Positions 39,362-53,505 of a stretch of 64,000 bases of DNA are shown here, in pieces. The notes beneath the pieces are model-generated. The model was not told the DNA's origin. It did no database searches and was given only the letters and a program-made list of their open reading frames with translations. The stretch spans positions 54,684,001 through 54,748,000 of the forward strand of contig OX597815.1 of the NCBI GenBank assembly GCA_951406725.2, read 5' to 3'. Within the stretch, counting starts at the first letter, position 1. Every line of letters begins with the position of its first letter. Both the position numbers and the translations under genes were made by a program. The DNA is from Octopus vulgaris. Taxonomy: Eukaryota.

Positions 39362-40322
39362 TGATCTGACAGGAAGTATTCTGTTCACTGATGAAAGACG
39401 GTTGAAGTCCATACGCGATCCATTTAGCTGGGAGACGCTTGCTAAGCAGTCTCCGCGTAGGCTTCATCCGTCCTTAGGCATCATCTCACCTACAACGTAC
39501 ATACTCCCATAAACTAAAAGACAAATGTTGTGCGCGTGCGAGCGAACACACATACACACATACGCATACACACACACATACACACACACATACACACACA
39601 AACAAACATACGCAGAGACAAAGGGATACATGCGTTTTTCGTTAATGGTATTTTAATTACTAACATTATCAGAGGGATAGCAACAAAGCTGTCTATTAAT
39701 TACTGTGGGTAGTAATAAAAAAAAGACTTGAGCGAAGAAGAAGCAAGTGAAGAATGAGAAGGTAAACAGCGTGAGAAAAAAGACAGGAAAGTAAATGTCT
39801 AAAAATAACGTGGATTCATACATCTCAGTTTTGCTTCGTCGATCCACTTATCACCCCCACACGTCATTAAGCCTCCACACCACCCCATTGTTCCATTCAC
39901 AAGACATACTCTATTTACAATTTTCATTTGTATCAAGTTTTGCATGGTGGAATAATTGCAAAGATATCAATAACAATAGTGGTTATGGTGGTGATGGTGG
40001 TGGTTTGTATAAAGGTGTAGATGAGGGTGATGTCGATGGGCTTATGATGATGGAGCTAGAAGTGGTAGTGGAGTGGTAGTGGAGTGGTGGAGAGGGTTAT
40101 GACGGTAGTTGTGACAAAAATAATTCTAGTGGTATGTGAGAGAGTGAATTATTTTGAATTATCCACAGCCTAATTAGTCCTGACAAAATGTACTACTTAC
40201 AATAAAGTAGAAAAGGTGTTGCACCTAATGGCGAGGATGAATCTTAGGCCGAATGTATAATTCGAGAAACTGTTGATAGTTGACTTTTCAGCCTTACCAA
40301 GGAGCCAATGCCATTAGACTTA

Positions 40323-41425
40323 AAGGCGGCGAGCTGACAGAAACGTTAGCATGCCGGGCAAAATGCTTAGCGGTTTTTCGTCTGCCGTTACGTTCTGAGT
40401 TCAAATTCCGCCGAGGTCGACTTTGCCTTTCATCCTTTCGGGGTCGATAAATTAAGTACCAGTTACGCACTGGGGTCGATGTAATCAACTTCATTCGTTT
40501 GTCTGTCCTTGTTTGTCCCCTCTGTGTTTAGCCCCTTGTGGGTAGTAAAGAAATAAGTATTTCGTCTGTCTTTACGTTCTGAGTTCAAATTCCACCGAGG
40601 TCAACTTCGCCTTTCATCCTTTTGGGGTCGATAAATTAAGTACCAGTTGCATACTGGGGTAGATCTAATCGACTGGCCCCTCCCCCAAAATGTCGAGCCC
40701 TGTGCCTAGAGTAGAAAATAATATTTTAAAATTTTATTTGGAATTGTGCTAAGTTAATTCCCTGCGGATAATTAGCTACTTTATTAATTACAAAGTGATG
40801 AAAGACAAAGATGGAAAATAAATTCAGAAATAAGTCCAAAATCGTCTACTACGAAACCATTACATTAGCGTGAGGTCATTTTATCTATTCTGCCACCCTC
40901 ACGTAGACTGTAATACTGGTTTCAAAGTTTTTGCAAAAAGCCAGCAATTTCTGGGGTAGTGGTAAATCAATTACATCGCCCCCTAGTCTCAACTGGTACG
41001 TATTTCATCGACTCCGAAGCTATGAGAGGCAAAATCAATCCTCGTTTGTCCTTGTTTGTCCTCTCTGTGTCCTTGTTTGTCCTCTGACATGTGGGTAGTA
41101 AAGAAATACTGAGTTCAAATTCCACCGAGGTCGACTTTGCCTTTCATCCTTTCGGGGTCGATAAATTAAGTACCAGTTACGCACTGGGGTCGATGTGATC
41201 GACTTAATCCATTTGTCTGTCCTCTCTATGTTTAGCCCCTTATGGGCAATAAAGAAACGTTAGCCGGGCGAAATGTTTAGCGGTATTTCGTCAGTTCTGA
41301 ATTCAAATTCCACCGAGGTCGACTTTGCCTGTCATCTTTTCGGGGTCGATAAATCAAGTACAAGGTGCATACTTGGCATTGATCTAATCCACAAATCTCG
41401 AGCGTTTTGCCTAGAGAAGAAAAAA
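40323..41425 (+). mobile_element. Cluster of SINE family B copies and fragments
   Basis: aaggcggcgagctgacagaa...ttctgagttcaaattccgccgaggtcgactttgcctttcatcctttcggggtcgataaattaagtaccag; core repeated four times on +, with a minus fragment at about 40915-41040; B-box-like GAGTTCAAATTCC. Confidence 0.85.
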
Positions 41426-41580
41426 ATATCATTGGACTTAAACCTGATCTAAGTTCTGAAAAGGATGCCGCAACTGGCTGGACTAAAAATAACTATGTTA
41501 CGCTATAGAAAGCGCCATCGTGTGACACAAATATTTTTGTCTTCTGTAGTAAATGGTATATTTATATTTGTTGAAAGAAA

Positions 41581-41720
41581 TGGCTGGTTGGCTGACTGGC
41601 GAGTTGGTTGGTTGGTTGGTTGGTTGGCTGGTTGGCTGGCTGGTTGGTTGGTTGGTTGGTTGGTTGGTTGGTTGGTTGGTTGGTTGGTTAGCTGGGTGGC
41701 TGGGTGGCTGGTTGGTTGGT

Positions 41721-41767
<47 letters not shown>

Positions 41768-41808
41768 TTTGCTGGCTGGCTGGCTGGCTGGCTGACTGGC
41801 TGGCTGGT

Positions 41809-41893
<85 letters not shown>
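41581..41893. repeat. (TGGT)n/(TGGC)n microsatellite
   Basis: Direct tandem repeat. Confidence 0.95.
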
Positions 41894-41896
<3 letters not shown>

Positions 41897-42520
41897 ATGA
41901 ATATATTACTGATACTTATTTCATTTACATCAGAATTGCAAAATTGTTCAAGACATACAGAATCTGAAAAGAAGGTAGGAAATATTTAAATATTCTAAAA
42001 CATTTTATCCGCATGGCTGATTGGTTGATTGGCTGGTTGACTAGCTACTTGACTGGCTAACTGTCTGATTGGTTGGTTGGTTGGTTGGTTGGTTTGCTGG
42101 CTGGCTGGCTGGCTGACTATCTTTGACATATTTGGAACATCATTCGGAAAATTTCAAATTCTGCAAATGTTGTTTATTACACAACATATGCTTCGTACCC
42201 TAACATACAGTTTAGCCAATGATCTGTGCTGTTTCCTACGGTAGAGTTTAGTGTTTTATGTAAAACTGGATAGCAGATAGTGGAGTAGACAGCTTTACTG
42301 TGGCCTATGTTGAAATGGTGCACTTGATTTTATTGGTGTTTGCACCATCATGCAATAGTTTCGTTCTCAGGGTTTGATTCGGAATTGTTATTTGGATAGT
42401 TATGTGTGGTTCAGTAAGTGAATATTCTAAACATTTTTCAGTGTGCGTTGATGGAACTGTGTGATTCATGTTAATCTGATTCATGTTAACGATTTGGCTC
42501 ACTTTCAATATTTTGAATAT

Positions 42521-42596
<76 letters not shown>

Positions 42597-42636
42597 CTAT
42601 TCATATTATCTACAGCAGGTCGGTTTTGATCAAGCG

Positions 42637-44768
42637 CAAAGGTTCTCAACGGGGAGCCATTTGGAGCTCGGTGGGGGCGTTTTGGAGAAAAAGGGCGCTA
42701 GGGGTATTAAAAGACTTTGGGGCGCTAGTGGGGCCCTGAGAAACCCTCAACTTTGGTAAGTTTAATTTGAAATTAACGAGTAGTGGCCATATCTTCACAT
42801 CTATGTGACAGTCAGTTTTAAAAAATCATGTCTTTCCATTTCAAATTTTCAAAAACTTAACACTTTTTCGACTTAAACGACACCAAGCTAATTCCTGGTG
42901 TCGCTAAAGAGAAACCCTCAAAACAAAAGCAAAAACTAAAAAAAAACTAGACGACTAAAAGAAAAAAGGAATGAATAAAAGCGAAAAGCTGAATGAGTGT
43001 GTATGTGTGTGTTTGCGTGCAAATATATAAAGAATGGTGGTCAAAATTTTGGAACGAACACACTGGCTTTTGGGAGTGGTTAGGGTTATGTATTTGTGTA
43101 TATGTGTGTATGTATGGGTATGTTTGTATGATTGCGTGTGTTGCCATTTTGAAATCCTTTCTGCGACTGAACTTAAACTGACCCCTGGTAATTAAAGACC
43201 CAACCACACACGCGCACGCACATTTGTTTTAGGTTTTCAACCCATTTGAACTGCAACCATACACAAGATAACGTGGTAAGTTTTATGTTCTGAAATTTAA
43301 ATTTTGAATTTGTTTTAATTATAAATTTACACCTCAGCTGAAAAACATCTTTTGGCTTTTGGGAAACAGAACTTTTACTTTCTCTTTCTATATTTTTTGT
43401 TAGAAACAAACATGGACGACTTGTTCCGAAATACCCCGAGTGGGGAACGGATCTCAAAAATAACCCCCGTTTGTTTTCCCCCAAAATTCCTATGTCCTCG
43501 GAATCTACATAGTCCGAGGTATAGTTGTAGAGAATTTCATTAAAAAATATCCATTTTCTTGAAAGTTCAGATGAATTGAAGTAGACTCCGGTGAATTTTC
43601 CGAAATCCCCCCCAAGTCCCTCCTAAAACACCCCCCCCCCCAAAAAAAATTCTATATTCGGAATGATATAACACATATTCGCAGAAAATTTCAATAAAAA
43701 ATATTTATTTTTATGAAGAAGCAAATCTTTGTGCACAATTGTGTAGATATGCCGAAATATTCACATATATATACAAGGATGAATATAACACTCTGTAAAA
43801 ATGTATATGTGTGTGTGTATATATATTTGTATTTTTCTGTATGCATTTATACATATATATGTATTTTGTTTCAGAAGATATTAGAATATTAGAATAAAAG
43901 TCAGTCATAATAAGAGATCTCCCAAAAATCTATTTCCTTAATTTTTAACTACTGTTTCTGGCACACATATTTACACAATTTTGATTTGGACTGTCCATAT
44001 TTCAAAACCACGAATTGATAAAAAAATGTGTGTGTATCAAAGTTTTTCTCCAGAAGTTCATGGCTTCATAGGAACAAGCTTGGAAAACTGCATCAGTATA
44101 ACGAATTGTCAGATGTTTTACTTCTTTTTAAACAATGCAGATTTTGTGAATGAAACAAACTAGATCCTGAATAAGAAATGAATCTCTAATATGACAAATT
44201 TTCAAAATTTTTTACGTTATTTTTAAAAGGGTTCTGATCCAAGTACAGTGAAACTAGATCCAAGTACAGTGAACATCTCAACAATTTGCTACTCATACGA
44301 AGTACATATGTATTTCAACAATTTCTATCTTTCTTAAGCAATTTTTAATCCTCTTCCTGGTTGACAATAACTTATATGTCAGATTGTTGCATAAGTTCTA
44401 GCTGTTTTAATAAGGGAAATCGGAAAGGTTTGAAATGATTTTATCGGCATTTACTTGCATCAAAGAGCACTTTTTTGATAGACAACACATTGATCTTGTA
44501 AGTGTCGTGTGGTGGAAATAAATGCAATTATCAAACTTTCAATTCCTTATTTCGTTTTTTTTTCTTTTTTTTGCATTTCAATTTGTACATCTGTTCTCCC
44601 GACTGCGAACAAGCGCATATGTAATGCGACGTCCTTTATTTTTTAATCATTATCTGCTGACATCAAAGTAAGTAGTATACTGAAAAATATAAATATTTTC
44701 TAGAGGAGCCATTTGTGACGCCAAGGGTCAAAAGGGGGCCTTTGGCCAAATTGGGTTCAGAACCTTTG
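42637..44768. mobile_element. Old non-autonomous hAT (Charlie-like) element, about 2.1 kb
   Basis: Termini caaaggttctcaac and gttcagaacctttg; 8-bp flanks atcaagcg and gtctagcg (6/8 match) resemble the NTCTAGAN target of Charlie hATs. Confidence 0.55.
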
Positions 44769-46469
44769 GTCTAGCGTATCTATAACCAAATGTATATTGT
44801 CGTGACCATCTCGTCTTTTGCCTATGTACAGAGAGGCCAATCCACTTCATCTTTTCCAAGAAAATACAGTTCATTTTATTTCTAGTTAGTTGTTGGCTTG
44901 TGATAAGTGTGGTTCTACGTATTGAGGAATGAATTGATTTACTTAGGTCTTAGATGTTTCAAGTGTGTATTTGTGATTTTAACAGGCATTGGTGATCTTA
45001 AAATTGTCCTCCAGAGTTTAGGGCTCCTGATGGATGAAGGAGTCAAAATCGTGGAGTATGTGGAATGAGCGCATTTTTCGTTTTGAGTTCCTGTCTTTGT
45101 AGTGGTATAATGACTGATTTTTCGTTAGATGATTTATAATGCTGTCTTTTTTCTTCTTTTAGTCAAAAGGGAAGGCAGTGGCTATTACTGAATTTTTCAA
45201 CTCTAGATGAACGAGGGAGAAAGGAAATGCAATATTTTCATACGGAAAACATATCCCGAAGGTTTGCAACAGAGTGGACTCCGCTAAAGTCACTAATGTA
45301 ACCAGGTCGTGGTGTTAAAACGAACAGCTGGTTAAATCTCTCCCACCAATGTAGGCTATAGCAGAATTAGAACTCAGAACGCAAAGAGTCGGAACAAGTG
45401 TCGCAAGGCAAAGCATCCTGTCCATCATACTTACAATTCCCCTAGTCCACCGCTTTGGGTTAATATTATGTATCAACCAAAAATGATCTCGACGGGACTT
45501 GAACTAAGAGTGCAGTGTCTACCAGTTCAGTGTGAGTATTTTTTAAGTTTCGTCGAATTACAAAGTTTACCTAATGTTATTTGAGATTGTTATTATACAA
45601 CGGGTTGTGATTTTGCCGTCAGTATGGTAGTTGAGCTTGCTAATTACTTCGCATAATGTTTAACTGTTTGTTATATGACTTACATTAAGATACAAATGTT
45701 CACCAGTTTTCTCTTTTTTATAATTTATTTTCTTTTATATTTCTTAGCTTAGTTTCTTAACGCTAGTTTTTAATTTCTGTTAAGTGTGGTGCTGACATAC
45801 TGTGTCTGAGTTTTAACAATATTTCTGGCTATAATTGCAGGATATAAATATAACTCTCCTCTCTTCTTGTAATAACGATAAAATAAACGCAGCGTATTTC
45901 ATTTGACTTATAACATTTGTTTAGTCTCATCTAATTTATTAGTGAAATCAAATCTTATAAGTCAAACAAGGAATCTTAATAACAACGACGACGACGACGA
46001 CGATGATGATGATGATGATGATGACGGCGACGACGGCGATGGTGATGATGATGATGATTATGATGATGATGGTGATGATGATGATGATGATGATGATTTC
46101 TTGTATTTGTTACCAGGGCGAAGGATGAGAGGGACAATACAAAGACAGACATAAAGTGGGGGAGTTTACATATAATGGAGTGATTGTTGAAGACTAAAGA
46201 AACAGAATAAGATCATAGATTTTGCAATTCCCTGGTTGGAATAGAAGATAGTGTTAGGATCAAGTGTTTGCGTTCCCATCTGAGGAATAGTGATGAATGT
46301 TGCAGGCTGCATTGAATGAGAAGTTGATCAACAACAATAGGGAGACCCTCCAGGAGTGCAATATGAAGACTAATAGAGAAAAGATCATCAACCGGAAAGG
46401 GAAAGTCGTACACGGAGGGTTTTTAAAATAAAAATCCTGGAGATAGTTAAGATAAGGTATTTTTCAGAA

Positions 46470-46990
46470 AAGAATGGAAGGACTGATTCTTACTGTTCAC
46501 GAACAAGCTTTTCGTATTAACTCAATCAACTGTAGTATTGCTAAGACAGCAGCATCACCTTTGTGTAGAATATGTGGAGAATCATCTGAGATAGTTAGAC
46601 ATATAGATATTCAAAACTAGTCCAAAAGGAATACAAAAAACACCATGACAAAGTAACAGTGCGAATACAACAAGTGGTATGAGTACCAGCCTTTGCCAGT
46701 AACGGAGATTGATCGGGTGAGACCACATGAGATATACCAGTATATATAGACAAAACACTGCAACATAATCGATTAGATACCACTCCCCTACTGAAGGAGT
46801 TCAAAGAATGGACAAGTATCGATGTAGTTACACATGCAGACCGAAATATTGTTAAGATAAATAACGAGAAAGTCGGAAAGTACCAAAACTTAAGATTATA
46901 CGAAGTCAAAAGAATCCATAGAGCCTCAAAAGCGAGTCTTGTACCTATTGTAATCGGTGCAATTGGGACAATCTCAAAAAGAGCAATCTC
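46470..46990 (+). pseudogene. 3' remnant of a restriction-like-endonuclease non-LTR retrotransposon (R2/R4/NeSL/CRE group)
   Basis: EGLILTVHEQAFRIN...LCRICGESSEIVRHI, KKHHDKV, QHNRLD, EKVGKYQNL, VPIVIGAIG. Confidence 0.75.
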
Positions 46991-46994
46991 TTCT

Positions 46995-47612
46995 AATCTC
47001 TTCTTTTCTCTTAGGCAGTCCATCTTGACAGATGACGGCATCGTCTTTGATGCTTAGAGATTGTCTTGATGGCGCTGGCAGGTCCTGAAAAAGCCGATTC
47101 TGGAGGCACATGTCTGATTACACTGAGAGCAGCGAAAAGGGCTCCAACGAAGATGAGTTCATTTAGGATTTTGCTGACGTTCCTTGAGCTGTCTCCGATT
47201 TTCTTCACGAAGTCTAGTCTGCTCGTCCTAAAAATGCTGCGTACCAGTTTAGGCTATACCTCTCCAGGTAGTACGGTCTGTGGCCAGTGTTTCAAGTTCA
47301 CCAAGAGGGATGTTGCAGTGCTTCAGGGATTTCTTGAGATGATCTTTATATCGCTTCTTTGGACCTCCGTGCGGTCTGTTACCCTCTGTTAACTCCCCCA
47401 AAAGGACAATCTTGGGTAAACGGTTTTCCGGCATCCTGATAACATGTCCCACCCAGCGCAATTGACGTTCGAGGACCATGCATTCGATGCTAGTCAATTT
47501 CGCTCGTCTCAGGATCTCCGTATGTGGGATCTTGTCCTTCCAGGTCAGATGAAGAATGCGCTGGAGACAGCGGATATGAAAGGGTTCGAGGAGTTTGACA
47601 TGACGACGATAA
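46995..47612 (-). mobile_element. 3' end of an RTE-clade LINE
   Basis: YRRHVKLLEPFHIRCLQRILHLTWKDKIPHTEIL...QLRWVGHVIRMPENRLPK...GGPKKRYKD...DRTTWR, then an AAG-rich tail. Confidence 0.9.
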
Positions 47613-48019
47613 AATCTGTTAAAAGAAAACAATTTAAACTTAACACAAAATGTATCCATCAATTTTACTTTTGTGAATAAAAGCAACAGTGCCTTGATGG
47701 ATTCCTTAATTAAGAATTTTAAAAATCCTGGCCGAGGCGGAGAAATTTGTAAATTTCATCCTTAAGACAGACTTTTAGTTAAAACGTCTTCGGGCTTATA
47801 CAAAAAAATACGGGAAAAATTCCGAATTAGTGTGGGAATTAAAAAAAATACTATTGATAAAATATTCTAAGAGGCGCCGTTAAAAAAACATTCACCCGAA
47901 CAAAGGTTTGAAATACCTGGGCTTCTCAAAAGTGAAGGTGAATTATATTCACACCCCCCCCACACACACACACACCACCATCACTTTTTTTTTCGCTTTC
48001 TCCGATTAACATCCCTGCA

Positions 48020-48480
48020 CTAAAAGTAGGGTGTGTGAATGTGCGTGCCTTGGAGTTAGCTTGGAAGCATGATCGTTTGCTCAAGGATCTCAGATCACTT
48101 GATTTAGATGTTAGCACCATTAGAGATGCAAGAATTTTCAGAATGCATGCTCTAGCATCCATTTTGAAAGACTACAAAATATTCTCTTCTTGTGATCTGT
48201 CGGGAGCTGGTAGCAGTGTAGCAACATTATTCCGGAAAACCTTAGATCTGAGAGTACGGGCAATCTTTTTGGACACAAACGGTAAGGTGGTGGTCCTGGT
48301 CGTTGATGGCAGTGAAAGTGGTGCCTTTAGATTGAGGGCTGTTTATAAACAGGTGCTGGAAAATCAGATTTCTTCAGGAGTCTAGAAACATTCCTGGGAA
48401 CATCTCACATTTTAGTACGCGTGGAGGCTTGGAATAGTATTTTGGACGCTCAGAAAGATTATGAATTTATTGAAAGGTAA
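48020..48480 (+). pseudogene. Tx1/L1-type apurinic endonuclease remnant
   Basis: KVGCVNVRAL...LLKDLRSLDLDV...VATLFRKTLDL...GAFRLRAVY...DFFRSLETFL...WNSILD. Confidence 0.7.
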
Positions 48481-48589
48481 ACGAAAGTTGCAAAGATGGC
48501 ATGACTGAATGGTACTGCTCTAAGTATAGACCTGTGAGTCGGAGAGCAGGAATTAGAGAGGGCACCTTTCCTTGGTGTTCAGGGATCTC

Positions 48590-49933
48590 TGATAATTATA
48601 TCCAGTCTATTAGCCTTGATTTCTGTTTGTATTGGGATATCCCAGAGTATGGTTGCTTTTTCATTTTCTGTTACCTTTTCTGGGGTGTGCCTATACCATC
48701 TTTTTTCTGTTGTTATTTCATAGTTTCGGCATAGCTTCAATGTATATCGATCCCAACTCCGTCATGTTTGTGAATATATTCTTTCTTAGCCAGGACTGAG
48801 TAACCAAAGACAATGTGATTGTTTCTTCTCCATCACCGCATATTGTGCAGTTAGTATTTCTTTTCATTATGTGCTTTTGGTAATTTCTGGTGGGAAGGCT
48901 TTGATCTTGTGCTGCAATTAAAAATCCTTCAGTCTCTGCTTTGAGTGCTGAGCTTCTCAGCCATTGTTGGGATTTTGCTTTGTCTGAGATTTTTTTTTTG
49001 TTTGTTTAGCTTAACCCAATATTTGCCATGAAGGGACTTTTCTTGCCATCGTTTTGTCATGATGCGCTCTCGTTCCTGTTTGAGTTTGGATTTCAATTGT
49101 TTTACAGCTTTTGTTGTTTCTTCTTTTTCTTCATAGTTGTCAGGTACTATGACTACTTTTTTGTATTTTCAACTTCCTTAAAGATAGAAAACAGCTTGTT
49201 GTTTTGCTCGAGTATTGTGGCTATTTTATCGGTTTTCCTTGCTTCTGAAGTAGGTATATCTGTAATTCTATGGTGATTATTTTATAATAGTTTTCAAGCT
49301 GTAAAAGGCCTCAACCACATTGGCTGTATATATAACCTTTTCTAAGTCGGATTTTGGGTGGTGTATCCTAAATTCTGTTATTATTACCTCCACCTTAGCG
49401 AAGGTGGGGGGTATTGTTTTCAGTCGCGTTTGTTTCTTTGTTTGACCGTAGACAAGATATCTCAAGAACCGCTGGATAGATTCGGTTGAAACTTTCATGG
49501 ATATTTGGCCTTGTGATTGGCACGAACTGATTAGATTTGGGGATAAATCCGGTACCGTACAAGGATTCTGGATTATATTTCCCGTCTTTTTTTTACTTAA
49601 TTTTTTAGAACAGTCGGGTTCATTTTTAGTATTCTCGTTTGTGAGAGCAGTCGAGTTTATTTCAGTTATTCTCATTTAAAAAATCATCTCTGGCTAATCG
49701 TTGAGAGGACATCGGTGTTCCCTTTGCAGAGGTTTGCGCTCTCTGAGTGCTCTTTTTTTTCTTGTTTTCCTGTCTATTTTGATGAGTTCATTTAGATTCC
49801 AGTTAAGAATATTCTAGTTGTAACGTATAACTGGGATGGCTAGAGTGTTGATACCTTTAATCATGTTTTTCGCATTAGCTTTGTTTTCAGTATAAATCTA
49901 ACTCAGCTATAGTTTTCTTTATCTTCTCTTTCA

Positions 49934-49991
<58 letters not shown>

Positions 49992-50530
49992 GCATCGTAT
50001 CTAGTTCATTGATTCCTAAATATTTGTATGTCTGGCTTTGTCTTTTATTTCATTTGCTTTATGTAGTGTGATGTTCTTATTCTTAACTAGTTTTCCTCTT
50101 TTCAATTTCGCTTTGGCCCATTTTTCTGAAGTAAATTTCATGTTTATTTCCTTGGTAAATCCATATACTGTCTGTAGTAATGTTTCCAGCTGTTTATCAT
50201 TTGTAGCATACAGTTTTAGGTCATCCATATACAAGAGATGGTTGATTGTTTTGCCGTAATAGTTGTATCCACATCGAGTTCTGTTTAGTATGTCAGATAA
50301 AGATGTCAGTGCCAAGCAGAAAAGGAGTGGAGAGAGTGTGTCTCCCAGGAATATTCCTCTTCTAATAAATCCTTAAATCCTTAAAAATGTTTTAGCCCGA
50401 AGGCCGCGGCCATGCTGGGGCACCACGGGAATGGCTTTGGTTTTTGCGAATCCCTCTTTCGTCTGATGCTGTAGCACTGTTTGCCATTTCTTTATGGAAT
50501 GTTTTATATATTTTATGATTATTGATGCTA
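48590..50530 (-). mobile_element. Restriction-like-endonuclease non-LTR retrotransposon remnant (RT and zinc knuckle), interrupted by a HINE and (GT)n
   Basis: RRGIFLGDTLSPLLFCLAL, INHLLYMDDLKLYA, SQQWLRSSALKAETEGFLIAAQDQSLPTRNY...CTICG. Confidence 0.85.
49381..49753 (+). mobile_element. Helentron-associated non-autonomous element (HINE/DINE-like)
   Basis: 5' hairpin cctccacctt-agcg-aaggtggggg, GTTT-type repeat, aagatatctc, 3' gaggt subterminal repeat, terminal hairpin gcgctc-tct-gagtgc and a T-run; no TSD; splits the LINE. Confidence 0.7.
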
Positions 50531-50568
50531 CCTTGTTGTTGTTGTTGTTGTTGTTATTATTATTATTA

Positions 50569-50614
<46 letters not shown>

Positions 50615-51109
50615 CATCATCATCATCATCATCATCATCATTATTATTATAAACAAGAATAATTTTGATTTTAGCGCAACCTTAAGATTAAATTAGATTA
50701 AATCAGCCTTCATATTTCATTGAGGCCTATATTATTGATCAAAATATTAAATGTACTCAGAACGTAACCAGTCATAACTAGATACCGAAATCACAGCGCC
50801 TTTTGCGATTCCCAGATCACATTTACCAGAAAGACTGTGCTTTTACACTTCAAGAAGAATTGATAATATGAGTTTCAGTAATATATTGGAACAATTAAAA
50901 ATAAATGACATGTGTGCGTGTATCTGTGAGCATATATGTGTATATGACCTTAAGCCAAATTTAGAAAGCAACATCCTCGTCATCATTATCTCCATTAACG
51001 GTAGCACAATTACCGCCATCATAATCACCATCATCACCATTGTCACCATTATAATCATGTTTGCTGCAATCACCATTATTATCAATTTTATTACCATCCT
51101 CATTGTCAC

Positions 51110-51290
51110 TATCATCATCATCATCATCATCATTATCATCATCATCATCATCATCATCATTATCATTTGTCATGATCATTAACATCATCATTACCATCAT
51201 CACCCCAATCATGAAAATCTTCAAGTTCATGATGACTATCACCACAGCCATACTCATCGTCATCCGTATCAAAGCTAACATCCTCTTATT

Positions 51291-51346
<56 letters not shown>

Positions 51347-51356
51347 TATCATCATT

Positions 51357-51430
<74 letters not shown>

Positions 51431-51435
51431 TATCA
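51110..51435. repeat. (CAT)n microsatellite region
   Basis: Direct tandem repeat. Confidence 0.9.
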
Positions 51436-53455
51436 TAATCCTCGCCGTTGTCAGCATCATTTATGGTCGATACCGATACAGAACGGGTTTTAACCGTAGA
51501 CTACTCATTTAGGAATTAATATTTTCTTCTTTTCCCATAAAAGTTATAATTAAGATATCTAATTACAACTATAATTCGTATCTGATTGATCGCTTTCCTG
51601 CAATGGACTGGCTTAAATCAATGTAAGTTAATCCTTTAATGAGAATCAGAAAGACCCGCAGGGACGTTGCTTATCTCTGGTTACCCAAACGTTCAACGAA
51701 CGGATATTTTTACAAGTCAGAGATGGAAGCCAGTATAAATGACCTCTAGACTAGCGATAGTGATATGGCTGATATCCCGCCTGAACAGCTGCTGGTCAAT
51801 ATCTCTAGACAATAGAGTAGGTGTGGATGAAACTGGGAATCTGTTCCGTTTGCTTGCAATATATGCAATAACCAGATAGTGATCCTAAACTGTGCCTTGT
51901 GTCAGGTGACATATTCCTGAATAGAGCGGCGATGTATTGCGGCCAGGTAGCTTTTCTATTGAATCATTCATAGTGAGCCAGCGTAACGCTCGTGAATTTC
52001 ATACCGTTGCCGTTACAAACAGTGAGGAATTGTATAGTAACCAGTGATATGTACATTGGAGCACAGCAGATCTGAACGTGGACAGCTAACTATATTAGCC
52101 ACTGACAAAAGATCAGTACTGGTTATAATATATAAGCCACGATTCCTTCAGTTTGACCTCAGTGACCACTTACAAGCATAAGAAATGCTTTAGTCAATCC
52201 TATAAGAGAAAAAAATCATTTCTAGGTTTAGCAGACAGTCAGAATCTTAACAGTAGGTTGAACGAAAGTACTTCAGAGAAGAGTTCACTGTACTAAATAC
52301 ACACACGCAAGTTTCACATGGGTGATACACTGAATTAAAAATCCTCGATTAACTGAATTTATCCTTGGAATTATGATACAAGACAAAATTCCCCTATATA
52401 ATCCAAAATCTTTATTGGCTTATGTCATTGGAGTTATTTTTCTTGCTTATTGTTTTTAGATTTGAAATTGCAAGATAATCCTGTTAATTGAAGTTTTTAA
52501 CTCGCTCTGAAATGATTGATTTTCCTAATAAACTGTATTAGTTGATAATAGTGGAGTTATCACTTTGGCTGTTGTTTTCAAATGTAAAACACGAGACATT
52601 GTTTTGTAGGTACAATAATGATTATTGTTAATCAAAGATATAATCTCGTTGAACATTTATTGTTGATCAGATCTAACAAGGACAAAACATGTCTGCTACT
52701 TTCACCAACTGATTTTTAAAAAAACTCAACATCCACAACGTGAAATGTTAATTAGTTTCCCTGATATAAAGCTTGAATGATTTTGATATAACTGTAACAT
52801 TGTATCTCATCCTTCAAAACGTATGTCTTCGGAACTGCAACCCTATGTAAAACCATCTCAACATAAATTATTTCATACAAGACTTCAAGTTGAATGTCAT
52901 TTGAATCGTTTGTTGGTAGGAACTCCTGTAACTAAAGATGCTGTCGCACTTTCTCTGATTAAATAATAATTATAGGCACATTTTAATACCAGTAATATAC
53001 GTCTAATGTAGTAATGCTCTAACAGTAACACATTTGACATATTATTCTAATAATAATACACTAGTAAAGAGTTAAGATCCTGTTGTAATTAATACACATT
53101 GGTTCAAATACAAAAGAAAAATGTTGGTATTATTTATAAACGAGAATATTCATTTAGCCGTAACTGAGAAGAGTGAAAATGACACCATATTCCTTATAAA
53201 TATGGATACAGTTTCAAAGTAGAGCTTGCAACCATATTTTTCTTTAGTACTATGATGAATTCGTTAAGGCTCTAAAAGCATTTTAGAGCTTGGATGTGGT
53301 AATATAACATGGGCAGTCTTAATACGCTTTTAGCTATTTTCTGTCATTCCTCTTAATACAGTTAAACTACCAGTAGTAAAAGAGAATTTGCATTGTCTCG
53401 CAACTTCAAAATATTTATCATAGACTTTCAGTGAAACGTAAGCCTTGATTTCATA

Positions 53456-53505
<50 letters not shown>

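Noticed and set aside
39389-39483. SECIS, C/D snoRNA or hammerhead reading of the hairpin
   Set aside because: No tandem G-A quartet, no terminal box D, and no GAAA after the stem
51590-52200. GC-richer unique stretch, considered as a host exon
   Set aside because: No sustained ORF; one peptide (GNLFRLLAIYA) resembles the Tx1 endonuclease at 48320, so it is more likely decayed TE
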